Counted from the stretch's first letter, positions 1 through 12,255 are shown. The stretch: 64,000 nucleotides of DNA from Callorhinchus milii (GCF_018977255.1 NW_024704742.1:26476001-26540000), one strand, 5' to 3'. Made by a program: numbers and translations. The notes: generated from the sequence alone by a model not told the origin.

Positions 1-1007
1 GTCTGACTCGGGCATCCATTGGCTATTTCTTGTTCCTCTTTGCCCTACCAATTCTCTCCATTGCGCTTGCAGTAATGTTTGTGATACAGTTCATCAAGTG
101 GTTCATTTCCATGGACGTGTTAAAGATATCTGTAACCCTCATTTTGTGCAGTATCCCCATCGTTCTTCGCATGTGGTCAAAATCGCCCTTCACTGTGGTA
201 GGGTTCCTCAAGTCCTTGACGAGTAGTTCAATAGTCAAACTGATCTTGGTCTGGCTGACCGCCATTGTGGTTTTCTGCTGGGTGTATGTGTATAGGTCAG
301 AGGGCATGAATGTGTATAATTCCACCCTGACGTGGCAACAGTACAGCTTCACGTGTGGACCACGTGCCTGGAAGGAGACTAACATGGCTCGGGTTCAGAT
401 GGTTTGCGGCCACTTGGAGGGGCATAGAGTTACCTGGACGGGGAGATTCAAATACGTTCGCGTCACTGATATCGACAACAGCGCCGAGTCTGCCATAAAC
501 ATGCTTCCGATGTTCTTAGGTGACTGGATGAGGTGTTTGTACGGGGAGCCTTATCCTCAGTGTGATCCCATATCTGTCACCTTGGAGGAGGAGGAACTTT
601 GTCGCCTTAAGTTTCTCACCAAATATCAGTGCCACCTTAAAATGTTTGCAAGATATAAATTTGAAATAACGGTGGGCATGCCTTACAGTAAAAACATAAG
701 CAAGGTCTTGGAGGAGGACGATGCCACCAAAGACATTGTACTGAAGGCCAGCAGTGAGTTCAAGAACGTTCTGCTCAACCTGAGGCAAGGAAGTCTGGTG
801 GAATTCAGCACAATCCTGGAGGGCAGGTTAGGCAGCAAATGGCCAGTCTTTGAACTGAAAGCAATCGGATGCCTCAACTGCATGTCGAAGCAAACACCGG
901 CGGGATCAAGGCACGTCAAGATTGAACAAGACTGGAGAGGCACCGTGGTGCAGGCCTTCAAATTTGCATTCAATTTCTTATTTGCTCCGTTCTTACACAC
1001 TGTATAA
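1..1007 (+). CDS. WFS1: Wolframin ER transmembrane glycoprotein, 3' part of terminal coding exon (5'-partial; frame starts at base 3)
   Basis: Open frame [18 protein letters not shown]...[11 protein letters not shown]...[13 protein letters not shown]...[25 protein letters not shown]...[22 protein letters not shown]...HVKIEQDWR...[14 protein letters not shown] matches the last TM helices and luminal C-terminal domain of vertebrate wolframin. Stop TAA at 1005-1007. The ORF-track start at 30 is internal. Confidence 0.97.
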   Translation, partial: LTRASIGYFLFLFALPILSIALAVMFVIQFIKWFISMDVLKISVTLILCSIPIVLRMWSKSPFTVVGFLKSLTSSSIVKLILVWLTAIVVFCWVYVYRSEGMNVYNSTLTWQQYSFTCGPRAWKETNMARVQMVCGHLEGHRVTWTGRFKYVRVTDIDNSAESAINMLPMFLGDWMRCLYGEPYPQCDPISVTLEEEELCRLKFLTKYQCHLKMFARYKFEITVGMPYSKNISKVLEEDDATKDIVLKASSEFKNVLLNLRQGSLVEFSTILEGRLGSKWPVFELKAIGCLNCMSKQTPAGSRHVKIEQDWRGTVVQAFKFAFNFLFAPFLHTV

Positions 1008-2559
1008 TCCAAAGCCTTTCGTTTAGTTGAGGTAGTTTCACTCCTTACTACCTAAAGTGCGAAACATTTACTTTTTGTTTGCAAGTACTACAAACTCCAG
1101 AGATAATGCATATTGTGGGATGTCTGGGTGGTGATATTCCTCTTTCTACAAAGTGCAATGACTTTGATGAATGTTACTGGAGTTTCCCTGTTATAAGTAC
1201 ATATCAACAAAGCCACTTCACTTACCAACGAGTGCAATATCTCAACCTCAGTGTTTAACAGTTTGGGAATTCTGTGTCATTGAAAGCAATGGGAATGCAT
1301 AGAGGACAACAAAAGTATGCGTTCCCCAATTTGCTAAACTTCCAATAGGCAGAAGTATTCCTAATGTATTTGGTGTACATTGTAGTTTAAGGTACCGCAT
1401 TCAAATTGTTTTGGTACAGAAACTATCTATGTTTTTTTGTCCAATAGCTTTACCTCGCTTAATAATTGGGAGCTGAAGATGGATAGCATAAATATGGCAT
1501 TTATAATTTACGTAGGACTTACATGACTGTTTAATGAACAGTGATATTAGCCTATCTAAATATGCATTAAATGGGCAGTAACCGTGGAATAATGAGCAGC
1601 CTTGCATGTTTTTGACATGATATAATAAAATATTAACAATGAAAATAATCCTTGTACTTGATATAGCAGTTTATTCACATCATCGAGACATCCAATAGGA
1701 TATGGTACCATGGATTAATCTGCTTAAATTGCATTGTTGTGCTTTTGGAATTTGTTTAAACAAAGTGGCTTCAGTTCCAGGTAGGAATACAGTTGTTGAG
1801 CTGAGTGCTGGGCATTTTACCGTTTGGAGGTTTGAAGGTATTAGTTACTGAGCAATAAGAGGAGTTTCTATTGATGGCCAGTTTTTCACTAGCAGAATTC
1901 AGACTTGTCCTGCACAATGAATTGCACAGTCATTACGGATAAAAAGGGTAACTTGAGTTTGGGCAGGTGACAACAGTGAGGATGTGGTTGTCCAAATACA
2001 AATAGAGTTGAAATAAATCACTTCTTTTCAAAATGGAAACTAGACTGGCATTTCCCCAATTGGAAAAGACAATTTATTGCTTAATCTACAGAGAATCCAT
2101 GTATGCCACACTAACTGCTCTTACCTGCTATTGCCTGTGAGCAGAGGTCTCTGTGTGTAGGTGTGACATACAGAAAGCCCAGCTTAACAGTTTGGGAATT
2201 CTCTTGTCATTGAAAGCAATGGGAATGCATAGAGGACAACAAGATTCCAGCAATGTTGTCGCTTTCAAGAGACTTATTTTTTTTAAATTTCTTTCCCCGC
2301 CCCCTCCTCACCACCCCCCCATGGGTTGAACTCGTGGGTTTTTTTTCTCCAAAGGATCTGCAGTAATGAATGAGCAATTCTTGAGGAATTTTTCAGTACA
2401 GTGTATGTATTGTATTTATTGTACTCGTGCATCAGTTATTTTTTAAAAAAAAGATTTTTGAAAAAATCAACTTTGGCTTTCTGTCAGGTCAGTTCCGAGA
2501 GGTAAAAGGGGAAAAGGATCATTACGTTTCATGTAGTTGGGCAGTATAGTTGGACTGTT

Positions 2560-2740
2560 CACAGAACTGCTTGAGCCTAACCCTGTCCTCGCTTCCAAGG
2601 TAGGATTGCTTCACAAGTTGGAACCTCGACTGATGCGTTATTTTTCTTACACAAGGTTGGGAATTGTATACCACTGTCGCCAGTTGAGATTAGCTGATTC
2701 GGGTTTGGCCACAGATTTAACTTGGGACCTTCCTTGCTGA
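2560..2740 (-). mobile_element. Old degenerate SINE fragment, apparently the same family as 58820-59000
   Basis: Reverse complement reads aaggtcccaagttaaatctgtgg...aatcagctaatctcaactgg...tacaatt, colinear with ggttcaaatcttag...gccagtctcagctggg...taaatt at 58.9 kb. Confidence 0.4.
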
Positions 2741-2814
2741 TTACCACATTATTGCTAAATAGTATCAGCCTTTTGGGCAGGATTTCAAAACTCCAGTTTT
2801 TTTAAAAAAACATT

Positions 2815-2842
2815 TATATATATATATTCTATATATATATAT
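2815..2842. repeat. (TA)n microsatellite, interrupted
   Basis: tatatatatatattctatatatatatat seen directly. Confidence 0.85.
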
Positions 2843-3929
2843 GAGAAATAAAATCACCATACATTTTATCAAAACATGTTGTGTAAAACCAGTGTATTCC
2901 ATCTCCAATACATGGTTTCCCAGGATATGTCAGGCTAGTTCCAAGTTCAACTCTTGTTCCTGAAAAATACTGTGGGAATAAGGCAGGTCATGAACAGAGA
3001 TGAGAATTAATCACCACTATTTTTTAGTTATCTTTTGTATCTAGCTATGTGGTTGCAATAAGGTGTAATTGAAAGACAACTTGTGGAGACCTGCAGCTGA
3101 ATTTTACCTGTTAGTTGAGGTACCGGTTGTTTTAAGATTATGTTTATGAGACTGTCTAACCTTATAGATTCTGTTTTTAGAATACTAAAATGTAAAGGTG
3201 TCATACATGGTTGAATTATTTATTACTGGATTGTCTTAATAAAGCTCATACATGGATGGTTTCAGTGTAGTATTTAAGATCTCTTGTGGGATCTGTTTTG
3301 CTCTGTCAACCCTTTGGTATCAAGTAGTAGGAAGATGAGAATTGGGTTCAAATTTAATATTTTTGTTTTGTGTCTTAAAAGGTTGTGTTGTGTGTCCATA
3401 GGAAATGTGAAAAACACTCTCTTCACTTCTCTAAGTTGGTATCTCACTCCAGTGAGCATTGTACGGTCATCTCCTTGCAAAACTTTACTTCAGCTTTTAC
3501 CAAAACAGTGTCAAAACAGGAGAATGACGTGGAATTTGTGGCCAGTAATTTTCAGTGTAGATTATTCTCCCATTAGCAAAAATGATGTTGGTTTGTGTTG
3601 GATTCAACTCGGCTCATTAGCTTCAGATTTCTCATGGTTCGAAAACTGTTTGTAAGACTTGTGTTTGTCGTCAGTTAACACACAATTAAACAATGGACGC
3701 TGAGGCTGAGTGAGAGAACAGTGATGCCTTTTCTGGGATGTGGTGAGGAACAATAAAATATCAGAGTTTGTCATGCCAGTGATTTTATCATTGATATAAA
3801 ACTATTATGTATATCTCCCTGATTCTATTGTGCAACTACTGTATGTCGGGAAGCTAGACTACAAAGAACAGTGCATTTGATTTAATGGGCAAATTTTATC
3901 TAGGCATTTCTGGCAATCATTGGCTACAC

Positions 3930-4010
3930 TAATAATAATATAATAATAATCCTTGCATTTGATATAGTGCCTTATCACATTTTTGAAATGTCTCAAAATG
4001 CTTCACAGAA
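3930..4010 (-). mobile_element. SINE 3'-tail fragment (L2-type tail)
   Basis: (aat)n-ccttgcatttgatatagtgccttatcac...tctcaaaatgcttcacag is the reverse complement of the family tail. Confidence 0.8.
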
Positions 4011-4118
4011 AGGCTGTATCTAGATTGAACAATTTGGTGCCAATTTGCAATCAGCCTGCAACCTTTAGTCTAGGGATTCTGTAAAGAATGGGAGAGGTGT
4101 GGCCCTAATCACTTACAC

Positions 4119-4418
4119 TATAATAATAGTCCTTACATTTTGACATAGTGCTTTTCACGTCTTCAAAGTGCTTCACAGATTATACTGTAAAGTGAATTGA
4201 CTACATTTGTGGGCAAAGCACGGCAGCCAATTGCGCACAACAGACTCCCACAAACAGTCATGGATTGAAGTGACCAATTGTATTTATTTTTTTTCTTAAG
4301 GGATTATTATCAGGCATGTGGAGTGAGGAAACTTGCACAAGGTTTTGCCCTGCCAGGAATCGAACCAGGGTCTCTCGCTTGTGAGGCAAGTGCTCTAACC
4401 ACTGAGCTACAGGGCTCC
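4119..4418 (-). mobile_element. Full-length tRNA-derived SINE (short form) with L2-type tail
   Basis: Minus strand starts GGAGCCCTGTAGCTCAGTGGTTAGAGCA (A box) and has GGTTCGATTCC (B box). Body and (TAT)n tail are homologous to 56091-56409. Confidence 0.9.
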
Positions 4419-4708
4419 ACCTATTTCAAAATAGTTGGAGCCATTGAGACGAATGCATCTTTAATTATAGAGATTTCAACATATCTGGCCAAATGTTAGA
4501 GTATAATACCAGAAAATGGTAAGCACGGCATTCCCATTTCAATTTCTTTTCATATTTTTTGAAGATTCTTTTAATCGATTGTTTCTGAAAGGATCTGAAG
4601 CGTACGTGCTTTTCTCCATCCACCCCTTCTGTAAATACAGAGTAACATTCTTGAAGCTTATCCCAACCTTTTCGCCCACAAATATACAATCAATTCACTT
4701 TACAGTAT

Positions 4709-4851
4709 AAAAAGCAAAATACTGCAGATGCTGGAAATCCGAAACACAAACAGAAGTCGTTGGGAACACTCAGCAGGTCAGGCAGCATCTATGGACAAAG
4801 GACAGTGAGTCAACACTCGGCTGAGTGTTCCCAGCGATTTCTGCTTTTGTG
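4709..4851. mobile_element. ~143-bp inverted-repeat element (possibly Penelope-like terminal-repeat derivative) inserted into a SINE tail
   Basis: Internal IR 4744-4774 vs 4820-4852. Flanking duplication tcactttacagtat (4695-4708) / tcacttttacagtat (4852-4866). Host SINE tail spans ~4670-4935. Confidence 0.75.
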
Positions 4852-6859
4852 TCACTTTTACAGTATTTTCTGTGAAACGCTTTGAGACGTCTAGAAGACA
4901 TGAAAAGCGCTATATCAAATGCAAGGATGATTATGGTTATGCATGTGAGGAGATACAGATTGTTTGAGGTACATTGTGTGAGTGTAGCACTCCCCCCCCC
5001 CCCCCAGTTTCACAGTCAAATTATATTTTTGGTGTGAAGGTGTCCTGTGGTGCACGCTGTATACACCAACAGAAGTTAAAAATTCAGCTCATTTTGTTTT
5101 GAAATAATCTGTCAGACTTTAAGACCTGGACTGCCTGGTTAATCTCAGTTTGACTAATGATGAGGAGACATGTGTCACAGTAAAAGGCTGTGGATATGGA
5201 CCTGAAGCTGTGGAGACCACCCAGTAACAGAGCTGTAAATAATTGATTAACTTGGTAAGTGCTTGTCATCTCTTGGAGTTTCCTAAGTGTGTTTTTTTTC
5301 TCAATTAACATGTCAAGTATGGGTACTGTGAATTGACATTTTGGTAGCAGATCAATGCATTTCAAATGAGGCGTTAATGCAGAAATTGAATCTGGGTGTA
5401 GATTTATTCCAGATTGCATTTTGAAGCGTCCATGATTGGAAAAATTCTTAAATGCAGCCTTGTTGTTGTAACTGCTTTTCTATAATTTCCTCTAAGATGC
5501 TCTGAAATGTTAACTAAATAGAGTAAATCTAAACCAGGTAGAATTTTCCCCCAAATAGGATGCACATGCATTACAGGACAGTCAACAGGTCCCAATCATC
5601 AGACACATAGGAATGAAGCTCAGGCATGTCTAGATGTTCTTCTCCTGAACTTGTGTTTGCCTGATATTGATTTGTAAGTTTTTAGCATTCATGAGCAAAT
5701 GAAGCTATTTTACTGGCAAATGAATATGCAGGGCAATCACTGGTAGAAATAATGTGTTTTTTTTTCTTTTTAGAAAAAGTAGATATCGGTACATTCTGGT
5801 TGCTTTCAACGTAAAAGTCGAAGGTTAAACTTGAGTCAGTAAGATAATGTGAGCAGAGAAATGTAAAATGTTAAATGATAAATGCACTGCTTGTCTGTAA
5901 AACTGAAACTTGAAGAGCTCTGCTTTGATCAGTACGCTGAGTTGATGTTGCGCTGACTTTTCTTAACCCACTCGAATACTTAGCTGCTTGTTGATCAGAC
6001 ATTAATCACCATTCTAAAGTTATCAAGTGCCTGTTTGTGATTACTTCACATTAGCTGTACATCTCCGATGTGCAAGTCTTCCACCACACCTGCATTTGCC
6101 TTCTATATTAAACCACTTGTATTAACGCTGTTGCTGCTGTGTAAGTCCTCGACTGCAGTTATCGGTTGTGAACTTTTTCTTTGAATTAAAAATGGCAATT
6201 CTATCAGTTTCACATCTGTCGTCCTATTGACATGTCCACAGATTTCGTTGGAATCACTGCATAAATTTTATTCGACACACACTCTGAACAACTCTTTTAA
6301 GTGCTCTGAAACGCTACCCTGTCGCTATGGAAATTCAATTTCTTTTTGTTGATCTCCAGGGGCATTCTAATCACACATCTCTCTCTTTTTCCCTTCCCTC
6401 ACCCCCTGCCTCCAATACCCCCATAGTGAGGGAGAAAAACTTTAGGATGAGTCAACCCATGTTGCTCAAATTCCCCTCAGCAGTTGACTCCAGGCCTGAC
6501 AGGCATCTTGAAACACCACTGACTGCTCAGCCCTGATCGGGAAGCTGTGCAGGTGATGGAGAGGCTTTGCTAAGTAAATGGCAAGTGCTTTTAAAAGAGC
6601 AACAAAAAATTTAAAATATTTAGCAGTGAGTCGGAATGGAACATTCCCACTCCAGGCAATCTCTGGCAGACCTAAAAATAGCCAGCAGCTGCTTATCTTC
6701 AGTCCTGGTTTGATTCTGTTTTCCTGACACAGTTGATATATTGCAGACCCTGCAGCTTGCTGCTTCTCTGTACAAAAAAGGTTTGATGATGTTTGGATTT
6801 CTTCACTTCTGTTTTACATCTTTACTTCTCCACCCGCCCCCAATTAATTCAGTAATATA

Positions 6860-7239
6860 TAATAAGCCTTGGATTTGTTATAGTACCTTATCACGTCGTT
6901 GAAACGTCTCAAAGCGTTTCACAGAATATATTGTGAAGTGGTTGAATCAGAATCACAACTTTTTTTTGATTGATTTTGTGGGTAAAGCGAGGCAGCCAAT
7001 AGCTCTAAGCAGTGTCCCACGATCTGTCGTGCATTGAGTGACCACAATTTTTTTTGAGGGATTATTACCCTCAGAAAGCGATCCGCCAATCGATTAACAA
7101 CTGGGTTCCAACTTATTGCTAGGTAAACAGAGGCGTGTGGAGTACGGGAACTTGCCTAACGTTTCGCCCCACTTGGGAATCAAACCTGGGTCTTCTCACT
7201 TGTGAGGCGAACATGCTAACCACTGAGCTACAGGACTCC
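6860..7239 (-). mobile_element. Full-length tRNA-derived SINE (long form)
   Basis: Head GGAGTCCTGTAGCTCAGTGGTTAG on minus strand, with the same body and tail as the other copies. Extra ~65-bp segment 7068-7134 is shared with the copy at 57.9-58.3 kb. Confidence 0.9.
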
Positions 7240-7999
7240 ATGAGCTGCCTCAGTCAGAAAATTAGATGTTTGAGGTCTATCCATGAGCTCATAATAACAG
7301 CAGATCTGTGATTCTGATTTAAATCTCCAATTTGTTGTTGGCAAATTGGCTGCCTAGTTTGCCTACAAAAATAGTCACTCCACCGTAAATCCCGTGAAAC
7401 ACTTTGAGATTTCCTCTGCATGTGAAAGGCGCTATATCAAGTCCAAGATCAAGCAGTGAGGTGGATTTGTGGCAAACATGGGAAGCGGCTGCAAGAGAGG
7501 GAGAGCTCTGGCCTACACTGACCTGTCACTGAGCACCCTGGAGGTGGAGACGGCTTTACAGTGGGCACATATATTTGCCAAGGTCCCTCGCATGAAGACC
7601 TGGGTTAAGCAGCCGGTGCTGAGTAAACCTGGTAGCTTGCATTGGACTTCGACCACGAGAACATCAAGGTGGCTGGTAGGATGCAAGCTGATGACAGCAT
7701 AGTCAGCCTGGCTCCTCAGCAGGACTTGGAAGAGCAGACCAGTCATTGGGGGAAGGAACTCCTCCCTCTCAGCTTCCATTACTCCTGCAAGCCAAAGCCC
7801 TAACAGGTAGGGTGGTCCTAGCTGGAAAAGCAATAAGAAAGCTTGCCAGGTAGTGCTCTCAATGGCAAATAACGCGATTTTAGCTGGTTAGGCTCTAGCA
7901 GTACCCCATCAAACACTCTGGGATCCCCAAGCCTTGACTCCTGCCAACCTGCGCCTACTACTTTCTGGAATTAGGAAAGCAGGATGCATCCCTCCATGG

Positions 8000-8140
8000 A
8001 GTGAGTGTGCATTCCATTCCAATAAACGTCTCTGGTATTTCTATGTGCAGGTGGGAAGCATGGAACTCTGTTCGGTTTGAATACTCGTAAGTACGGTGAT
8101 GGGTGTTCGTATGTGTCAGATCTGGTTGACTAAAACAAAA
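8000..8140 (-). repeat. Unclassified dispersed repeat (family U1), copy 1; strand is arbitrary, relative to 26.9 kb copy
   Basis: gcattccattcca...ggaactct...ggtgatggg...tgtgtcagatctggttgactaaaa aligns by eye with 14830-14975. Confidence 0.65.
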
Positions 8141-8459
8141 TAGATTAATTGGTCATCTCATTGTTCTTTTGGGGAGGGAGGGCAGAGGGGGATATGTTGC
8201 TGGTATAGATTTGCTGCCCAAACCAGCTCACTGTGCAAAGCACTGCGTGGGATTTGAAATGAGGGGGGGGGGGGGGGCTATATCTAATGCAAACATTTAT
8301 GCTATAATTTTTCACACTCGCTTGCTGTTCGAGTTTGCAAATGCACCTTTTTAAAACTGAACAATCCAGTGCTGTGGCCAGTGTTCAGATAAAACAATAA
8401 TACTCTGTTGGCATCTTCCATCGCTTCAAGTCAGAATATACAGACCTGTCCACCACCCG

Positions 8460-8473
8460 CCACAAGATGGCAC
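8460..8473 (+). promoter_or_regulatory. Candidate CTCF binding site
   Basis: CCACAAGATGGCAC vs consensus CCASYAGRKGGCRS (one mismatch), in non-repeat DNA between convergent genes. Confidence 0.4.
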
Positions 8474-8632
8474 TGTAACCCTTAACATCTGATGAGTGGC
8501 AGAATGCTTCGATAACCACCAACTTTAAGCTCTCACCAGCTTTCTCTTTAAAAAGTTGATTTTAAAAATGTCTAAAACGTTACCTGGAAGCCAAAATGTC
8601 CGTTGTTTTTTTAAAATGTTCAGTTCTGCCTA

Positions 8633-8900
8633 TTTCTCTTTGACCGTGCCTTCAGCTCCCCTCTCGACTCTCTTCCTCCTCCTCGCTCCCTCCCTTCCCT
8701 CCCCTCACCCTGACCCCCCCCCTCTCCCCCCCCCCCCCCCCCCCCTGACCATTTCCCCCTCCTCACTCCCTCCCTCCCCTCCCCTCATCCTGACCATTTC
8801 CTCCTGCTCGGGTCATGACCCAACTGTGCAGCGCCTTGGGACGTCCTCCTGACGTGAAAGGCGCTCTATAAATGGAATCTTGTTGTTGTTGTTGTTGTTG
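8633..8900 (+). mobile_element. 5'-truncated young L2 LINE (3' end only)
   Basis: Nearly identical to the reverse complement of 62012-62246, including hairpin gcgccttgggacgtcctcctgacgtgaaaggcgc and (TTG)n tail. Confidence 0.93.
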
Positions 8901-10482
8901 TATTCGTCCCAATTGTTTCTCCCAGAATGTGAAGCCATTGATCATCAAAGCTTTGGGCCACTTTATGGCAGATCCAAACTAAGGAGAGGTGACAACCTTG
9001 TGATAAGGACATCAGTGTTCAACACAAAATTGCCAATTTAAACTCTTCGAAGCTCTTGCTACCATGGGGAGACCATGGAGAATTTGGACCATTTCAGTGC
9101 CTTGGGACAACCTCCTGATGTGAAAGGTGCTATAGTAATGTAATTTGTTGTTGTTATTAATGACTGGGTCCTGCCTTATTTAATAGACTAAGGATGAAGA
9201 AGACTCACGATCTTCCAAGAGAAGAAAACTAAAATTTCTCTCTGATCCCTGAATGTGCTCAAGTGAAATCTCCAGGATACTAATACATTTACAGTCTGTG
9301 TCGCCCAAGCCTGACCATTTTGTATTCCAGTACCCAGCAAGAGATTTTATATCCATGGGATTTTCTTCCTATCACTTGCAAGATCTAAACTATGAATTAA
9401 TTTAACCAGTTCCGTCAGCAACAATTTTCTGCATAATATTCAGGCTTATATCCAACCCCCCTCCCCACCATTCACCCACATCACATACACCTCAATGAAA
9501 AATGCTCCTACCCACGTCCACACCTTGAAAATTACAGAGCGGGTGAAATTGCTGTGATGACATGGTGATAAACAATGAAACATTACAACGTACTGAGTGT
9601 AGCTGAACACTTAATCAGACCCATGGGTCCACTCAGTGTGCGCACACACAATTCAGTGCAGCGCTTAACATCCTGCTCTGCCCAAGGCAACCAATTTGAA
9701 ATCCGGCAGAGGGATAAGAATAGGAGCCTTCAAGCACTCCAGGTTTGAGAGTTTTACCATTTGCTTTCATGTGCCTAGTAGTGGCACTGCTCCATCTTTA
9801 TAGTATAATATATTCCCATTTTACACTCTCTCTCGCTTTACAATATAGGATTCCTGTATTTTACAGGAACAAATACATATGAGAAGCTGTGCACGTGAAG
9901 ATTGCCACAGGTTCCTATTTATTGCATTGAGCTGCACCTCCATTGTGGGTTTGCAGCATTTTCATCTTGTGCCGCAGTGCCCTCTGCCGGTCAGATTTAA
10001 TGATAATCAAAATAATCCTTGCATTTGTACAGGACCTTTCACATCAGGGGGACATCTCATCTCAAAGGGCTTCACAGTATTTACTGTTAAGTGGAGTGAC
10101 CTCTGTGCACATTTGGGCTGCTGCAAATACACAATGTCCACAAACAGCCATGAAAGAAATGACCGATTTTATTTGAAGTGTTGACCAGGACACCGGGAGA
10201 AACTCCCTTTTTAATTAGTGTCACGGGATCTTTTACTTCTATGTAAATACAAGTTGTTATTGTTCTCCTACACACACCCAAACTTGAAAAGCGTCTATCA
10301 AAGAGTTACCGATTAACAGGATCCACCTGATTCTGACTGAAGCTTTCCTTGGATAGACTGGGAGGGAGAAACTTGGAAGGCTGTAGTACTAGTAAGGATG
10401 ACGCTATTATATATGACATTTTTAAAAAACTAAGATTTATTGACATCAATATATGATTTTATTTCCTCTACAAATGTACTAT

Positions 10483-10797
10483 GATGACACTCGAATGCAG
10501 CGCTGGGGGTGTGATTCAATGCTGGAGGTGCCATCCTTTGGATGAGATGTTAAATTTCTGCCTGGAAATTAAAGATCTCATGGCACTATTCGAAAGAGAA
10601 AGGAGTTTCTCCCGATATTCTGGCCAACAATCCCCAAAATAAAATTGATTATTCACTTTGTGGCTTTTTATAGGACATTGCCGTGTTCACTTTCAAATAC
10701 ACAGTCACTGCACTTTTTCGAGAAAATTCTGTGAAGCGCTTTGAGACGGCTTCCTGATGTTGAAAGGCCCGATATCAAATGAAAGGATTATTATTAT
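10483..10797 (+). mobile_element. DeuSINE-like SINE, 5'-truncated
   Basis: ggaggtgccatcctttggatgagatgttaaa...aaagatctcatggcactattcgaaagag... resembles the Deu domain; ends in L2-type tail ggattattattatt. Confidence 0.8.
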
Positions 10798-11857
10798 TGT
10801 TTGTCAGTTGCCAATAACACAGGTAGCCTTGGATTAAAGGCCACTCGATTGTGCCTCACATGGTACACTCAGAAGAAAATAAATAATTAAAAGCAGAATA
10901 GTGAATTTAATAATAAATGCTGAGAAGGTTTCTGGCATGATTTTTTCTTTGTTCCAAACAATTATCTCAGCAGGTCTCCACATACATAAACAAGTAGCTA
11001 TAATTACAATAAGGGCCAAATCAGGTTTGAGACTGTTGCAAATGTCTATCCTTAGTTTATTCACTAATGAATGGAAATTTTTTACGCACGCCTCTTTCCC
11101 ATGTATCCTTTTGAATCCAGACAAGTAGCTGGTATTTAATCTGCCCAATTTAATAGAATGAAATAACAGGGATTTCTTGCCATTTGAATCCAGTCCCAAC
11201 ATAAAGCACACTAGCTCTTCAACTTTAGCACTCGGAATGTATCCAAGGTTATAAGTAAGCAGCAAAATGACAAATTTGGTGATAAATTTGGTAATTGCTT
11301 GGTTTAGAGTCCAGCAGCTTTCCACATATAACTAAACAGCAAAATTGTGAAATGACAATGAAGAAATTCTTTTCATCCCATCTTCCACAATTTTATTGAT
11401 AGCCCATCTTTTATTACTTTATCTCACTTCAACAAGAATAATTTGCAATTATACAAGTTTACATTTATGCAGGGCCTTTCACATTGAGAGGACTGAAAGT
11501 GCTTCACACAACTGACTGGGGCCTGAGCTTGGGTGGGGGAGGCAGAAACAACAAGGTAGAAGAGAAAGGTCTTCAGGCAGGCTTTCAAGGGAGGAGGGGG
11601 CAAGACGGCATGTCAATGGAATGGAGTTCCAGTGGGAGGTGAACGTTGGTTTAAAGCTCACCCATTGATGGGATGGGTTGGTGTGTGTGTAAAGCAGAAA
11701 CTACCCACCTCCATTCAGGTCAGAAGGAATGGGCCAAGACATTGTTTGTCTCCTACCATTCCCAGGGCAAAAGGAGGGAGAATCCATGTTAGGGTTTCTC
11801 CTCCTTTTCCCATCTGCGTTTAGATGGGTGATGAAACATAGTCCTTCATAGACTGTT

Positions 11858-12255
11858 ATAATAATAATAATCCTTACATTTGATATAGCGCTTTTCACGT
11901 CGGGAGGACGTCCCAAAGCGCTTCACAGAATAATAATAATAATCCTTGCATTTGATATAGCGCTCTTCACGTCGGGAGGACGTCCCAAAGTGCTTCACAG
12001 AACACACTGTAAAGTGAATTGACCTTTTTATTTGTGGGCGAACGCAGCAGCCAATTGCGCACAGCAATGTCCCACAAACAGCCGTGGATTGAAAATGACC
12101 AATTTATTATTGTTTTTGGTTTTGGAGGGATTATTATTAGGCTCTGTGTGGAGTAAGGAAACTTGCCCAAGGTTTCTCCCTGCCTGGAATTGAACTCAGG
12201 TCTCTCACTTGCAAAGCGAGTGCTCTGACTCTGACTCTGAGAGCTACAGGACTCC
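11858..12255 (-). mobile_element. Young full-length tRNA-derived SINE (short form) with duplicated 3' tail
   Basis: Near-identical reverse complement of 56091-56409. The ~70-bp tail occurs twice in tandem (11858-11928, 11929-12000). Confidence 0.93.

Larger units (their letters stand above)
1008..3260 (+). other. WFS1: Probable WFS1 3' UTR with candidate polyadenylation signals
   Basis: Follows the stop codon and is AT-rich. AATAAA at 1624, 2012, 2847 and 3238; the last is followed by GT-rich sequence. The true end cannot be determined from sequence. Confidence 0.5.

Noticed and set aside
993..1007. WFS1 C-terminus LHTV as a PDZ-binding motif
   Set aside because: The residue at -2 is His, not Ser/Thr or hydrophobic, and the C-terminus is ER-luminal.
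23..1012. Antisense ORFs 23-385, 516-788 and 683-1012
   Set aside because: Shadow ORFs opposite the WFS1 exon with no recognisable protein features.
8763..8948. Poly-Gln ORF (and poly-Pro ORF 8556-8852)
   Set aside because: Translations of the L2 (TTG)n tail and C-rich 3' UTR.
11858..12000. Repeated hairpin units resembling a CRISPR array
   Set aside because: Eukaryotic locus, only two units, no spacers and no cas genes; these are SINE tails.
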